Shown piece after piece: positions 43,482 to 53,656 of a stretch of 64,000 nt of DNA. A program made the translations under genes and the position numbers. The first letter of the stretch is position 1. Each line of letters opens with the position of its first letter. Where the stretch lies: positions 186,001 through 250,000 of the IMG/VR virus record IMGVR_UViG_3300033182_000980. The stretch is one strand, 5' to 3'. The notes under the pieces were generated by a model. It was given only the letters and a program-made list of their open reading frames with translations. It was not told the origin of the DNA and made no database searches.

Positions 43482-46400
43482 TTACCCCTTACCCTTGTTA
43501 GTTAATGTCTTTTGAACACCACCACCTATTGGTGTAATCACATCACCTGCGAAGGTATATGTTTGCTTGTTTGTCTTAATGACATTAGTACCATCATGGC
43601 TTAAAGCAGTTGCACCTCTCAGGTATCCAGAAGCATTTGTGCCTGTTTGTTGTGCATCATCATAATGCAACATATACAGAGTCCTGTCATCTTCACCATT
43701 TGATGTAGTTGTATCTATATCCCCAAATAAGTTGATCTTTGTGTATTCTGGTCTATCAATCACTTCGTCTCGATCAAAGTTAGAACCGTCTGGACGAAGC
43801 ACTTCAATACCCATTAAGCCACGCCTTGCCCATGTAGGAGCACGATCATCGGGTGGGAATGAATGTCCTCTATAAGATTTGTTCGGAGAGGGCCAGATGT
43901 CATATACTTCCCGTGTTCCATTTGGGTACACATTCGCTTCTAGTACGAGCAGGTTGTCCAAGTCCACCCTGTCTACAAGAGCCGTAGGGTCATTGGGGTG
44001 TAGCTCATAACTAGGGTTGTCTGGATCGCTAAGGATTACCTTAACGAGTATTGGAGCTTCTTTATTTCCAGCCCCCCACTTTCTGTATATGGTATCCCCA
44101 TAGTGTCGAGTAGAATTACCCACCCAAATGGTCTTTGCCTTTTCTCCTAGATACTCATCATGTGATCCTAGCCACTCATACTCGTTGGCAGAACCCTCAA
44201 AGTTTTCTGTTCCAAGCGTGTTGAAGGCTGGCACAAACCCGACATCAAGTTCGAGATCAAGTGCGACAAGACCTTCTTCGACAAGGAAGGTTTCTTTGTA
44301 AGATACACAACAACCAGCACCGTCAATGCTTGGGTGTGTCTTATCAGAGGTAGCACCACCCTCGTTCATCCCCCCAAATGTTCCTGTCGGATCACCTGCG
44401 TATTGAACATAGGACTCACCAACCTCTCCGTTCATCACACCCACATCAAGCCAAGTGGTTAATCCTGGTACTTTGACGAACACACGCATAACACGCTTAC
44501 GCATAAGATACTTCTTAGAATCTATCGTGTAGACAGTACCATCCCTTCGAGCGTTAGGGAATTTAGGGTCTACATAAGAAATCATGTCCCAATCTATCCC
44601 GACAAGTCTCAACTTGATTGGGGTAAATGAAGTGTTGCCTTGATCGTCAACTTTATATCTGACCCATTCTCCAGACTCGATTAGACCTTGTGGATCGGCA
44701 TCCTCTGCAAGCCTATCAACTTGATTACCATTCGCAGTTTCAGTCCAATCTCTGTTCCAATAAGGAATGTGAGGGCTTCTTTCGTTGCTCTTTCCAAAGT
44801 TTAGATCAAATGCTCTTAGGTATCCCACATCTGGCTTTACAGGTAGCGAACTGTAGTCGGGCTGGGCGTGTCTAATGAGTGGCAGAGTAGCTACACCATC
44901 ATCAACCCACCCAAATCCAGAGTCGATTTTATCTGCGTTGCCAGGGATCAAGTTAGTTGGGTGGATGTCTGTATTAGGGAGATACCAACCAACATGAGAG
45001 TCTATTAAAGGATTTCTATTAGCCGCACCATTGGTCGTATAGTTAAGGTCATATCCAAACTCTGTGACAGTGGGTCCGAAGAAGTTTTGGGAAGGGTAAA
45101 CCAAGATACCTCGTGGTGGTGTTCCATACTTTGAACCGGACAAGTGATTTCTTGTCATGTTTGGAAAACCGCTGACTTGAGCTTCGAGCCAATCAAGAGG
45201 GTCTAAAGGATTGGTGGTTTTGATCCTTCTAAGGTGTAAGTTATTTCGTAAATAACCTGCATACCCATGATGAGAGAACTTCATTAGGTTTGGTAGTGGG
45301 TATGTTGCTGGATCAAAGCGATTGTTGTTTTTATCTACCCTAGCCATACGAGGTGAGTAGTTGACCTCATCTCTGACAGGGAAAGAGATATACCCACCAT
45401 TGACACCCGAACCAAAGTGAGGAAGACCTGGGCCGACTAGATTTGATCTCAACTCGGTGTTACCCACTGCTGGTGTAGCACCACTTACATCGCTGTGGTT
45501 GCCGAACTGATAGCTCGTATCGGGATCGTTGTTGTCCAAGACAGATAAGAGGCTATGCTCTATACGATAAGATTCGTCTAAGAAACGCTCTTGTGTATCT
45601 TTCCTTGGGGTGAGCAACGATGTAAGAGGAAACCTAGTCTGAGTGTCTACTGCGTGTAGATTGTAGGTAGTACCTGCTTGTCTGTTCCCTTGTCCACTGA
45701 ATGTAATATACCCTAAAACATCTTGAGTAAAGTTTCCATACTCTGGAAGCTCCTTTCTTCCAGTAGGTATAACCTCTACAATCCTCTCACCAAAGTTTCT
45801 AATGCCATCTTTGGTAAGACTTAGAGCGGGGTGTGGGTGTTCTTTCACTTGGCGTAAAAAGTTTGCAAATCTGATTTCTTCGGGGTCGGTTGAACTATAT
45901 GTCTGAAGATAGCTACCACATAAGTGGACAGTAGCACCTAACTGACAGTTAACAAAAACACCAGCAGAGTGAGTGTTGGTATTGATGCCCTCACCATAAT
46001 AAGGTCCTAAGGCATTACTCTGAATATAAGTGGTGTTGTCTCCCATGTTCTCATAGAGATATATACGATTTACACCAGAAGTAGATTGAAAGTCTAGGTA
46101 GAGGTCGGCTTTCCTTGCGGCGTTCCCATAGCCCCATGTTTGACCGAGTTGGTAAATGCCTGATTTCTGCTTGGTCGATTTATTCCACGCACTAGGTACA
46201 ACTTGGAACTCTGGAATGACCGTATTTGGAGGTAGGTTTAGACCTTGAGTATCTTTGATGCCATTGATACCAATATCGTGGTCGTAAGGCACACTTGGAT
46301 GACACTCAATGTAGTAATCAACATCTTTGATTGCGATGTACTTTGCATCCATGTGAGAGGTAGCCGCTACTCTTGTAGGGGTGTTTTCTACAGGGCGATA

Positions 46401-49400
46401 AACAGGAACATCACTACGATAGTAATAGTCGGCATCTACACCAGCTAAGAGCTGTGGCTCTTGTTGTGTGTTCCTTACCCAATCCCAACCTGTGCATAGT
46501 TCAAGGGCATACCCATTAGCCTCATCTCCGCCGATAGGTAGGAGTTCTAGTTCAACATAAACTTTGTATCCCTCCTCATCATATCTATAGATGGAGAATG
46601 CTTGTCCACATGACTTTGGAGTTAATACGCTTGATATAGGATCATTGTTTTCCCAACGAGCTTGTAGGAACACTTCTGCAAAGCTCTCTTTATTTCGGTA
46701 CTCTTGACCTACTATATCATGCGACTCGGCATATACTTGAACACCTGTGCCAAAAGGGTCAACACCTGTAGGGCCTTTTTTATCCATAACATAGATGTTG
46801 GCATTAGCGATTGCAGACCCTCCACCTAATGTAGTGCCTGTAGGGATGAGTCGATCTCCATATAACTCAAGCAAAGAGAGTTTTCTCGAAGAGTGGTATA
46901 AGACTTTTTTTGTAAATCCCAAAGAGTTGTTGGAGAGATCATCCTTGACTGAAATGACACCTAAGTTCTCAAACTGCTTGTGAGGGTTGTTTAGCAAGAC
47001 ACTAGGTCTGAACCCTACTGTGGTAAAGGTACATAGACCTTGCTTCGAGTCATATAGTGTCAGATCATTTACAGCTTTGACAGAATCGCCTGTAGGGATA
47101 ACAGCTATATTTCCGTCTACCACGCCACCTTTTAAGTCTGTGGCGTTCGCCCATACTTGCTGGTGTTTTGTAGTGATCGTATATTGTGGTAAAGTGTCGT
47201 TATCAAAGTATTCAACGCTGTTTGCTACTAGGTTGTTTGAAGCTGTAAGATCACTTGTTAGGATTTGGAGTGTAGGTCTGATTGTTTCAAAAGGTACGCT
47301 AGGGTTAGCCTCTGTGTTTGTCCAGTCGGACATAGAGTCCGTACCTTGAACAAATTTCTTTGTGATCTCGATTTCGACTCTGAACTTAGTGTTTTGAGTT
47401 TCGGTTGCTCTATTTACTGAGCCTCCAAAATGACTTGTTCCATGCCCTTTATAAGAGAACCAAGAGTTAGGGTGTGCATAAAGGACACCAGACACCCATG
47501 AGAAGTAGGTGTCATCTCTGCTAAGTGTATCAATGTCTCCTTCTGTCGGGTGTATGCCATAGGACTGAGACTTTGACTTGATCCCAAAAGATGCAAGGGA
47601 TGACTTTTGAAGGAAGTTCAGATTGGGTCGGAATACCGAGAGTGACTTACTTGGCTGGTATGATGCTTCTGTGTCAGTGAGTCCATCTCCACCTGTCATG
47701 CCTAGATACTCACCTACATTGTTATTTAAGGTCGAGTAATCCACTAAACTTTGACTGTAGAGATCACTTTCAGAGGGTGCTACACCGTCACGAACAAAAG
47801 ATTCAAAAGCCCTCTCGGTCTTAAAGTGCATAAGTGCGATAGACCCAAAGTTAAATTCGGGTTGAGCAGAGTCAAGAGCTAGACCACCATTCACACCTGT
47901 GCTTGTTGTGCCATCAAGTGTGTATTCGTTGGTTAATGTGATGACCTGTCTGTATCTCGCTACTTGGAAAGAGTAGTTATCTTGTTCACCAAAGGTGGTA
48001 TATCCACCAGCCGTTGTGAATCTATTAGCGTAATCAGCCGAGTCTTGGTCTTGGTTCGGTTTACGCTTTATGAAGAACCGATCTCTTTCGAGTGGTGGTG
48101 TTTGTAGCCCATTCGGAGAATAATCTCTTAACACAGGCATACGATATGAAAGGAAGTTTCGCTCCTCTTTTAAGACATACGCATAGTAGGTGAAAGGGGT
48201 ATTCACATTAGCGGGATCTATGTCGATCTCACTAGTGCCTGTATTTATAGTTGCTTGTATTGTTGCCCCTGTACTGTCAATAACATACGCACCGAGAGAA
48301 GGTTCTGGATCTGATTCCGAGTAAAAATCGGCCCAAGGTAGAGAGGTGAGGTTGCTCTGTTTAGAAATCTTCTCGAAGGGTGAGAAGAGAACAGGGATAC
48401 CACCGACTCTTGTCGTTGATCCATCAAAAGCATTAGCGTTTGTTAGCAGTCTGACTTTCCCTATAGAAGTCTTATCGGGGACACCTACTAAGTCGGCTAT
48501 CGGACCAGATCTTGTAGACTCTGTGGTGTAGTTTCCTGTGTGTAGCTCGTATAGATCATACTGACCTGTTTTCCTAGAAGGGAATGTATCACTAGATGTG
48601 TTATTAAAAATAACATCACCTGGAGACCCGTCATTAGGTCCTGCACCTTGACCGAGATTGATTGCACCAATAACTCTTGATTCTATATCGTCAACAGTCG
48701 TAGCTGGAGAACCTACAAAACTTGTTGCCACTCCATAGGGATCACTAGCAAACCTTACAAGTGCGACCACACCACGATCAGCAGGGAAGAGTACACCCGA
48801 AACAACAATACCTACATCTTGAGGTAATGGCTCGGACACTGTTAAATCTGTCAGACCTTCTGTCAAACTAGGCAAGTAAGTGGTTGTTCTAAAAGGAGAA
48901 CCTAAACTTATAGACGCTTGCCCTTCTTTTACCGATAAAGAAGAAGTACCTGTGCCCGCATTAAACCCAAGCGTAATCCCTGTTGCCGAGTTGAAGAAAT
49001 CGCTTACACTTTCTTCGGACACAGACGAGTTTTTGTATGAGAAGGGGTAAATCTCGGTAGCTTCGATGTTTTGGAAAGCAGTTCTTGGTACAGATTGTTG
49101 AACCCCACCATACCCATTCTCAAACTCATATGGTGTTCCTTGACCATGAGTCACCGTGTTTACGCTTAGACCTTGATCCGAGTTGATGTCCGAGTTTCTG
49201 TAGTTAAAGTTGACTGTATCGTATTTACCTAGAGGGTTTATGTACTTAGCATCGTATGTGGAGCTTGGATTCTCGGTCATATCTGTGCCATAATAATAGT
49301 GTGGCATCTCAAATCGCTCTGCCCATTTTTTACGCTGTGTCAGCCAAGGTGGGTTATCCACGACTTTTGCTTGACCCCAATCGGGTCGTCCATCATGTGT

Positions 49401-49664
49401 AGATGAAACAGATCCATTTGAGAAGGTAATCGGTCCGAATCCTAGTCTTGGGGGTTGACCTTCAAGTGCGTCAGATGTGAGGTCATCTAAGTTGAGCTGG
49501 ACATTGTAGCCTAAGTATTCATTAGTATTGTTTGAGGAGATGACTTCCGAAGCTACTACGCTTGTGTCGAGACTCCCAATCAAAGATGTGTCTGACCCCG
49601 AAGCATCAGTGCCTTGACTTGAAACGATTGTGATTGGGTTTCTATCTATGGACTTCTTAGGCAT
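43482..49664 (-). CDS. Very large tail/fibre-associated structural protein (2060 aa)
   Basis: Uninterrupted ORF in the baseplate operon; Gly/Ser/Thr/Asn/Tyr-rich. Confidence 0.65.
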   Translation of the reverse strand: MPKKSIDRNPITIVSSQGTDASGSDTSLIGSLDTSVVASEVISSNNTNEYLGYNVQLNLDDLTSDALEGQPPRLGFGPITFSNGSVSSTHDGRPDWGQAKVVDNPPWLTQRKKWAERFEMPHYYYGTDMTENPSSTYDAKYINPLGKYDTVNFNYRNSDINSDQGLSVNTVTHGQGTPYEFENGYGGVQQSVPRTAFQNIEATEIYPFSYKNSSVSEESVSDFFNSATGITLGFNAGTGTSSLSVKEGQASISLGSPFRTTTYLPSLTEGLTDLTVSEPLPQDVGIVVSGVLFPADRGVVALVRFASDPYGVATSFVGSPATTVDDIESRVIGAINLGQGAGPNDGSPGDVIFNNTSSDTFPSRKTGQYDLYELHTGNYTTESTRSGPIADLVGVPDKTSIGKVRLLTNANAFDGSTTRVGGIPVLFSPFEKISKQSNLTSLPWADFYSESDPEPSLGAYVIDSTGATIQATINTGTSEIDIDPANVNTPFTYYAYVLKEERNFLSYRMPVLRDYSPNGLQTPPLERDRFFIKRKPNQDQDSADYANRFTTAGGYTTFGEQDNYSFQVARYRQVITLTNEYTLDGTTSTGVNGGLALDSAQPEFNFGSIALMHFKTERAFESFVRDGVAPSESDLYSQSLVDYSTLNNNVGEYLGMTGGDGLTDTEASYQPSKSLSVFRPNLNFLQKSSLASFGIKSKSQSYGIHPTEGDIDTLSRDDTYFSWVSGVLYAHPNSWFSYKGHGTSHFGGSVNRATETQNTKFRVEIEITKKFVQGTDSMSDWTNTEANPSVPFETIRPTLQILTSDLTASNNLVANSVEYFDNDTLPQYTITTKHQQVWANATDLKGGVVDGNIAVIPTGDSVKAVNDLTLYDSKQGLCTFTTVGFRPSVLLNNPHKQFENLGVISVKDDLSNNSLGFTKKVLYHSSRKLSLLELYGDRLIPTGTTLGGGSAIANANIYVMDKKGPTGVDPFGTGVQVYAESHDIVGQEYRNKESFAEVFLQARWENNDPISSVLTPKSCGQAFSIYRYDEEGYKVYVELELLPIGGDEANGYALELCTGWDWVRNTQQEPQLLAGVDADYYYRSDVPVYRPVENTPTRVAATSHMDAKYIAIKDVDYYIECHPSVPYDHDIGINGIKDTQGLNLPPNTVIPEFQVVPSAWNKSTKQKSGIYQLGQTWGYGNAARKADLYLDFQSTSGVNRIYLYENMGDNTTYIQSNALGPYYGEGINTNTHSAGVFVNCQLGATVHLCGSYLQTYSSTDPEEIRFANFLRQVKEHPHPALSLTKDGIRNFGERIVEVIPTGRKELPEYGNFTQDVLGYITFSGQGNRQAGTTYNLHAVDTQTRFPLTSLLTPRKDTQERFLDESYRIEHSLLSVLDNNDPDTSYQFGNHSDVSGATPAVGNTELRSNLVGPGLPHFGSGVNGGYISFPVRDEVNYSPRMARVDKNNNRFDPATYPLPNLMKFSHHGYAGYLRNNLHLRRIKTTNPLDPLDWLEAQVSGFPNMTRNHLSGSKYGTPPRGILVYPSQNFFGPTVTEFGYDLNYTTNGAANRNPLIDSHVGWYLPNTDIHPTNLIPGNADKIDSGFGWVDDGVATLPLIRHAQPDYSSLPVKPDVGYLRAFDLNFGKSNERSPHIPYWNRDWTETANGNQVDRLAEDADPQGLIESGEWVRYKVDDQGNTSFTPIKLRLVGIDWDMISYVDPKFPNARRDGTVYTIDSKKYLMRKRVMRVFVKVPGLTTWLDVGVMNGEVGESYVQYAGDPTGTFGGMNEGGATSDKTHPSIDGAGCCVSYKETFLVEEGLVALDLELDVGFVPAFNTLGTENFEGSANEYEWLGSHDEYLGEKAKTIWVGNSTRHYGDTIYRKWGAGNKEAPILVKVILSDPDNPSYELHPNDPTALVDRVDLDNLLVLEANVYPNGTREVYDIWPSPNKSYRGHSFPPDDRAPTWARRGLMGIEVLRPDGSNFDRDEVIDRPEYTKINLFGDIDTTTSNGEDDRTLYMLHYDDAQQTGTNASGYLRGATALSHDGTNVIKTNKQTYTFAGDVITPIGGGVQKTLTNKGKG

Positions 49665-49666
49665 TT

Positions 49667-52600
49667 TTATTCTCCGAGCAAAAGCTGGTTGCGTGTTCTA
49701 TAAACACAAGCGGCGACATAGTTGTCAGCTAAATTTTCTCTCATATCAACAGCGACACCTTGACCCCATTCGTTTGTCTTGACGAATACCACTAGGACAA
49801 CCTCACCTTTACGATAAAGAGTGTGGTTGTCATCTACGACTCGCATAAGACATGGAAGTGCAGTCTTGTAGTTGCTGTGTATTCCACCCATATTCTTGGC
49901 AAAAGCAGAAGGGAAATAACTAGCGTCTTCCATAGTAGGGTAGTACGCCCTACTCTCATTGTCTTTAAGAGGAGGTTGACCTACATTTGTATCTCCCAAA
50001 GCTACATTTACCGAAGAAACGAACGGTACAAATGAAGGTAGGTTGATAGATCCTGTGTTGATCTTGAGGTCATCAAGAATAACTTCGGGAGAACTTAGAG
50101 TTTGGTACTCCTCATAGTTAGACGCATTGTGGTGTGTAGCAAGTTGATCAGTTGGGTTGAAGAACGGATAATGCTCCCCTGTCTTTAAGTAAGCTCCGAT
50201 TTCTTTACCTATGACTAATGGTTGTAAGTTCAACTCATCTGGTATAACACCACCTGCATTAACTCCTACATCTGGAACAGTGATCGCAAAGTCTGACCCA
50301 ACAGTTTTAGGTGCGTGTCTACGATAAGACACAAAGATCGTGCTATCTGTAGGTGCATCGGGATAAGGCTCAAGAGGATAGGCACTTATTTCGATCAATC
50401 TTTGCCCTGAGTTCCAAGCAGGGCCAGAGTCTACATTCCAACCAATCTTTGACTCTGCGTGTTGATAATTGGTGTTAGCGTTATCAAGAGTAAGGTTAGT
50501 TCCTGCATTACTTCGGTCTGTAATCGTAGGGGCTAGGTCAGCGTTGTAATAGAGTCTCCAAGGTAAATAAGAGCTTGTAGGACTGCTTGACACTAGTTGT
50601 ATCGTTTGCTGTGCGTACACATACTCTAACGATACTTCTTTGGTGTTAGGGATCACATTTGAGATAGGAGGGGCGTTCCCATTCCCTTGACCTGGATATG
50701 GGTCGTAAGCGTTCGTGGGTGCTAACTCTGTGAGTACAGCAGAACCTGTGGGGTATCCCGATCTGTCGGGTATAGGGGCTTCGGCAACAGTGCCACTAAG
50801 ACCACGATCAATAGAGGAGTAGTCAAAGATAAGCTCAATAAAGATTTCTTTGTCACTGTTTGTAGACTGTCCGTCAGCATCACCTACGAGCAAATAGTCA
50901 CCAGCACCAATGATACCACCGTTGACTAAGACTCCTGGGTTTGCATCTAATGTGATCACAACTTGGTTTGAACCTAGACCTGTGATGCTTTGAATACGAA
51001 CTTGTTGTTCAATAGCGTTAACAAAATGTCCATCGTTGTGCCAGCAATACCCAATGTCGATGAGCTTAGGTAGGATTGTATTATCATCAGCAGGTAGTGT
51101 ATCTCCACTGTTGCTCGCCCATCCTAAATGCCCCGATATATCAAGAGTAGTCAGATCAATGGTTATCTGATCTCCCTCATACCAATAGTCTCCAGTACCT
51201 CCAGCATGAGATACAGAGATACCAGTTGACGGTTGATTAGGGGTGTTAGACGGTTTAGCTGTGATGTAAATTCGTTCTGTGGTTGGTTCGTTTGACCATC
51301 TACGAGCGATGTGGTCAAAGTTTTGCCTCCACTGACCAGCTCCCCCGATGTTTGCTGGTTCATTTCTCCCATATACATCACACACAAGTGGAGTGTGGCT
51401 CACACCACCCGAACCATTCCCTGTGGTCTGTAAGTTATCAGCACGAGCAAACCAAGTTCTATTAGTGTCGTCTAAGAGAGAGTGGTACTGATAGTCTAAT
51501 TCTGCCGAGAAATCGAGTCCTCTAGGGTAGACCCTTCTCCTTAGATCGAGGACATCGTACTCGGAGATCTGATCTGCAAACAAGCCATCTGGTCGGTCTG
51601 AATGTCCTACAGATACATTATCAACATAGTTGTTAGCACCTAGAGTTGTACCATTATGGTCATGGAGAGCACCTGTGTTGAAAGAGCCTATTGGGTTGAA
51701 CCCATTTGCTCCATCGTTCGCATTTCTACGAAACACATAACAGATAGGGATAGCATATACATACCCATCAACAGTTCCAAGGTCTTGAGCGGCAGCTTCT
51801 GACCCATCTCCAGCATACCATAGACCAGTATCGGTATCATGTCTTTCAAAGGGGTATCCTGCAACAGCTCCACCTTGTGATCCTTGAGCTAAAACAGTGT
51901 TGCTTTCAAACCCAAAGATTTCTTGAGACAAGTCAGTAGAGATACCGTCCATCCTAAGTCGGTATTGGACTTGGATTCTACGAGTGGACGACACATTTAC
52001 ATTTGGGTCTTGGATGTTGTCATCAAGATGTGTAGTGGGGTCGGAGAGTACATTCCCCGCAAAGTAAACTTTATTTGCATTGGGCTTACCCTCACCATCA
52101 GAACCACCTGCTGGTTGGTTGAGGATACGAATACCTGCTGTATTTGAGCTTACAAGAGTGAAACTATTTGGGTCTGTGCCTACATGATTTCCACTCGCTC
52201 CCCCATTATGGTTGAGGAATAGATACTCTGTACCTCTTGTCTCAGCGAATGTGGTAACACCATCAACAGTCAATCCAAGATTAGCTCCGTCATAATCATT
52301 AATGGCTTGAGCCATATTGCGAGCTGTCTCGGCGGGGGTCACGCCTTTCTGAAAGTCAACCCCAACAGTAAGGGTGATCGTATTATTAGCTGGAGGTGGA
52401 GTTGGGTTTACCCCTTTTGTGAATTTAAATGTGTCATTGGGTTGAGCGGATATGATCTTGACCCTAGACTTTGACTGCATAGCAGGAGTGACTTCTCGCC
52501 TCCATACTTCAAGGAATACAAAGTCTCCTCTAGTGCCTGGTCCTGCACCTACATCTGGCACTGCTAAGGTGATCTTGTTCGTACCGTCTGTGGCATCGGT

Positions 52601-52921
52601 GTTGCGAACATCAATAACCATCCCATTAACCATTGCTTTGAATGGGTTAATGACGAAGCTGTTTGCAGTAAAGTTTGGATTTAGATTAGGTGGGTCTGCA
52701 TCATCATAAGGATCTTCAAAAGAGAATGACCCAATAGACTCATCTTGCCCTTGATAAGAAATCATGCCACTAGGGAGCGTGTTCTTCTTATTGAGGATGT
52801 CTTGGGTAAGATTAAGTTCACTATCAAGCATGGGTCTTCCAGCTTGATATACGACACTATCCCACGCATAGTTTGTGGGGTTGAGATCCCGACTTGTAGA
52901 GGGTAGGTATTTTTGAGACAT
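49667..52921 (-). CDS. Tail/baseplate structural protein, paralogue of 37306..42630
   Basis: VVYQAGRPMLDSELN, DFVFLEVW, RIQVQYR, YAIPIC...RRN, RPDGLFADQI. Confidence 0.7.
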   Translation of the reverse strand: MSQKYLPSTSRDLNPTNYAWDSVVYQAGRPMLDSELNLTQDILNKKNTLPSGMISYQGQDESIGSFSFEDPYDDADPPNLNPNFTANSFVINPFKAMVNGMVIDVRNTDATDGTNKITLAVPDVGAGPGTRGDFVFLEVWRREVTPAMQSKSRVKIISAQPNDTFKFTKGVNPTPPPANNTITLTVGVDFQKGVTPAETARNMAQAINDYDGANLGLTVDGVTTFAETRGTEYLFLNHNGGASGNHVGTDPNSFTLVSSNTAGIRILNQPAGGSDGEGKPNANKVYFAGNVLSDPTTHLDDNIQDPNVNVSSTRRIQVQYRLRMDGISTDLSQEIFGFESNTVLAQGSQGGAVAGYPFERHDTDTGLWYAGDGSEAAAQDLGTVDGYVYAIPICYVFRRNANDGANGFNPIGSFNTGALHDHNGTTLGANNYVDNVSVGHSDRPDGLFADQISEYDVLDLRRRVYPRGLDFSAELDYQYHSLLDDTNRTWFARADNLQTTGNGSGGVSHTPLVCDVYGRNEPANIGGAGQWRQNFDHIARRWSNEPTTERIYITAKPSNTPNQPSTGISVSHAGGTGDYWYEGDQITIDLTTLDISGHLGWASNSGDTLPADDNTILPKLIDIGYCWHNDGHFVNAIEQQVRIQSITGLGSNQVVITLDANPGVLVNGGIIGAGDYLLVGDADGQSTNSDKEIFIELIFDYSSIDRGLSGTVAEAPIPDRSGYPTGSAVLTELAPTNAYDPYPGQGNGNAPPISNVIPNTKEVSLEYVYAQQTIQLVSSSPTSSYLPWRLYYNADLAPTITDRSNAGTNLTLDNANTNYQHAESKIGWNVDSGPAWNSGQRLIEISAYPLEPYPDAPTDSTIFVSYRRHAPKTVGSDFAITVPDVGVNAGGVIPDELNLQPLVIGKEIGAYLKTGEHYPFFNPTDQLATHHNASNYEEYQTLSSPEVILDDLKINTGSINLPSFVPFVSSVNVALGDTNVGQPPLKDNESRAYYPTMEDASYFPSAFAKNMGGIHSNYKTALPCLMRVVDDNHTLYRKGEVVLVVFVKTNEWGQGVAVDMRENLADNYVAACVYRTRNQLLLGE

Positions 52922-52933
52922 CTTTCACACCCC

Positions 52934-53575
52934 TTAAAAGGTCAATCGCCAAGTGATTGCTAAGATAGCTCCACTTGGTTTATTGATGACAGGGAATGTG
53001 AGGTAGTTTACGAGGATGTCGCTACCTGTGATGTCAGTGGTTAAATCACGAGAGGGGAATACATCAGCGAGCTGACTGAACTCTGCTGATCCTCCCGACA
53101 CACCCGAAACGGTACACATCAGGCCCATCTCTGTTAACGCACCCACAGCATCTGCCGACTCAAATGTGGTTGTAAAGTCAACGATGTTTGTAGGCACATT
53201 AGCTAGGCTACCATCGGAGTTTCGATACACAACGCTCGTAAATGTTTTTCTGAACAAAGGCACATTGATCTTGCGTTGTCTGTAGTCAGCAATGTCGGGG
53301 CTTGCAGAAGAACCCGAAGCACCTGTTCCAACAGCGAGCATATCAACGCCACGAGCGAATCCAGCCCCTAAGTTTCTTGAGAACAGAATCGCCGCTAAGA
53401 TACCACCGTCAAGCGTATAGACATTGGACTTGTCTAAAACGATTTCTTCTCGTCCGTCCTCATATTGAAGGACTCCAAAGACATCACCTTTAACTTTGAT
53501 TCCGAGATTATCTTCAAAGCCAAGTCCGAAGTTTACAGCAGTTGTCTTAGGTGGTGGGATTTTTGTAGAGATCAT
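52934..53575 (-). CDS. Tail-collar/fibre-attachment-like baseplate protein
   Basis: LAVGTG...LFRK...DFTTTF...LTEMGL...TFPVINK...ITW.LTF; start set at MISTK, where GGAGG serves as RBS. Confidence 0.65.
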   Translation of the reverse strand: MISTKIPPPKTTAVNFGLGFEDNLGIKVKGDVFGVLQYEDGREEIVLDKSNVYTLDGGILAAILFSRNLGAGFARGVDMLAVGTGASGSSASPDIADYRQRKINVPLFRKTFTSVVYRNSDGSLANVPTNIVDFTTTFESADAVGALTEMGLMCTVSGVSGGSAEFSQLADVFPSRDLTTDITGSDILVNYLTFPVINKPSGAILAITWRLTF

Positions 53576-53580
53576 ATTTT

Positions 53581-53633
53581 CCTCCATTTGAAGATATGGG
53601 GCTGATAATGGAGGGTTATTTAAGACTTACAAA
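53581..53633 (-). promoter_or_regulatory. Anti-SD hairpin (CCTCCATT/AATGGAGG) with a degenerate class-L-like motif upstream
   Basis: 8-bp inverted repeat 53581-53588/53607-53614 covers GGAGG. Confidence 0.45.
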
Positions 53634-53656
53634 TCTCCCACCCTCCTCACCTTAAT

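Noticed and set aside
52922-52933. ACCCCTTA here, and similar sequence near 32779 and 42636, as further class-E motifs
   Set aside because: They are the reverse complement of AAGGGG ribosome-binding sites just before minus-strand start codons, and they lack the GTA prefix.
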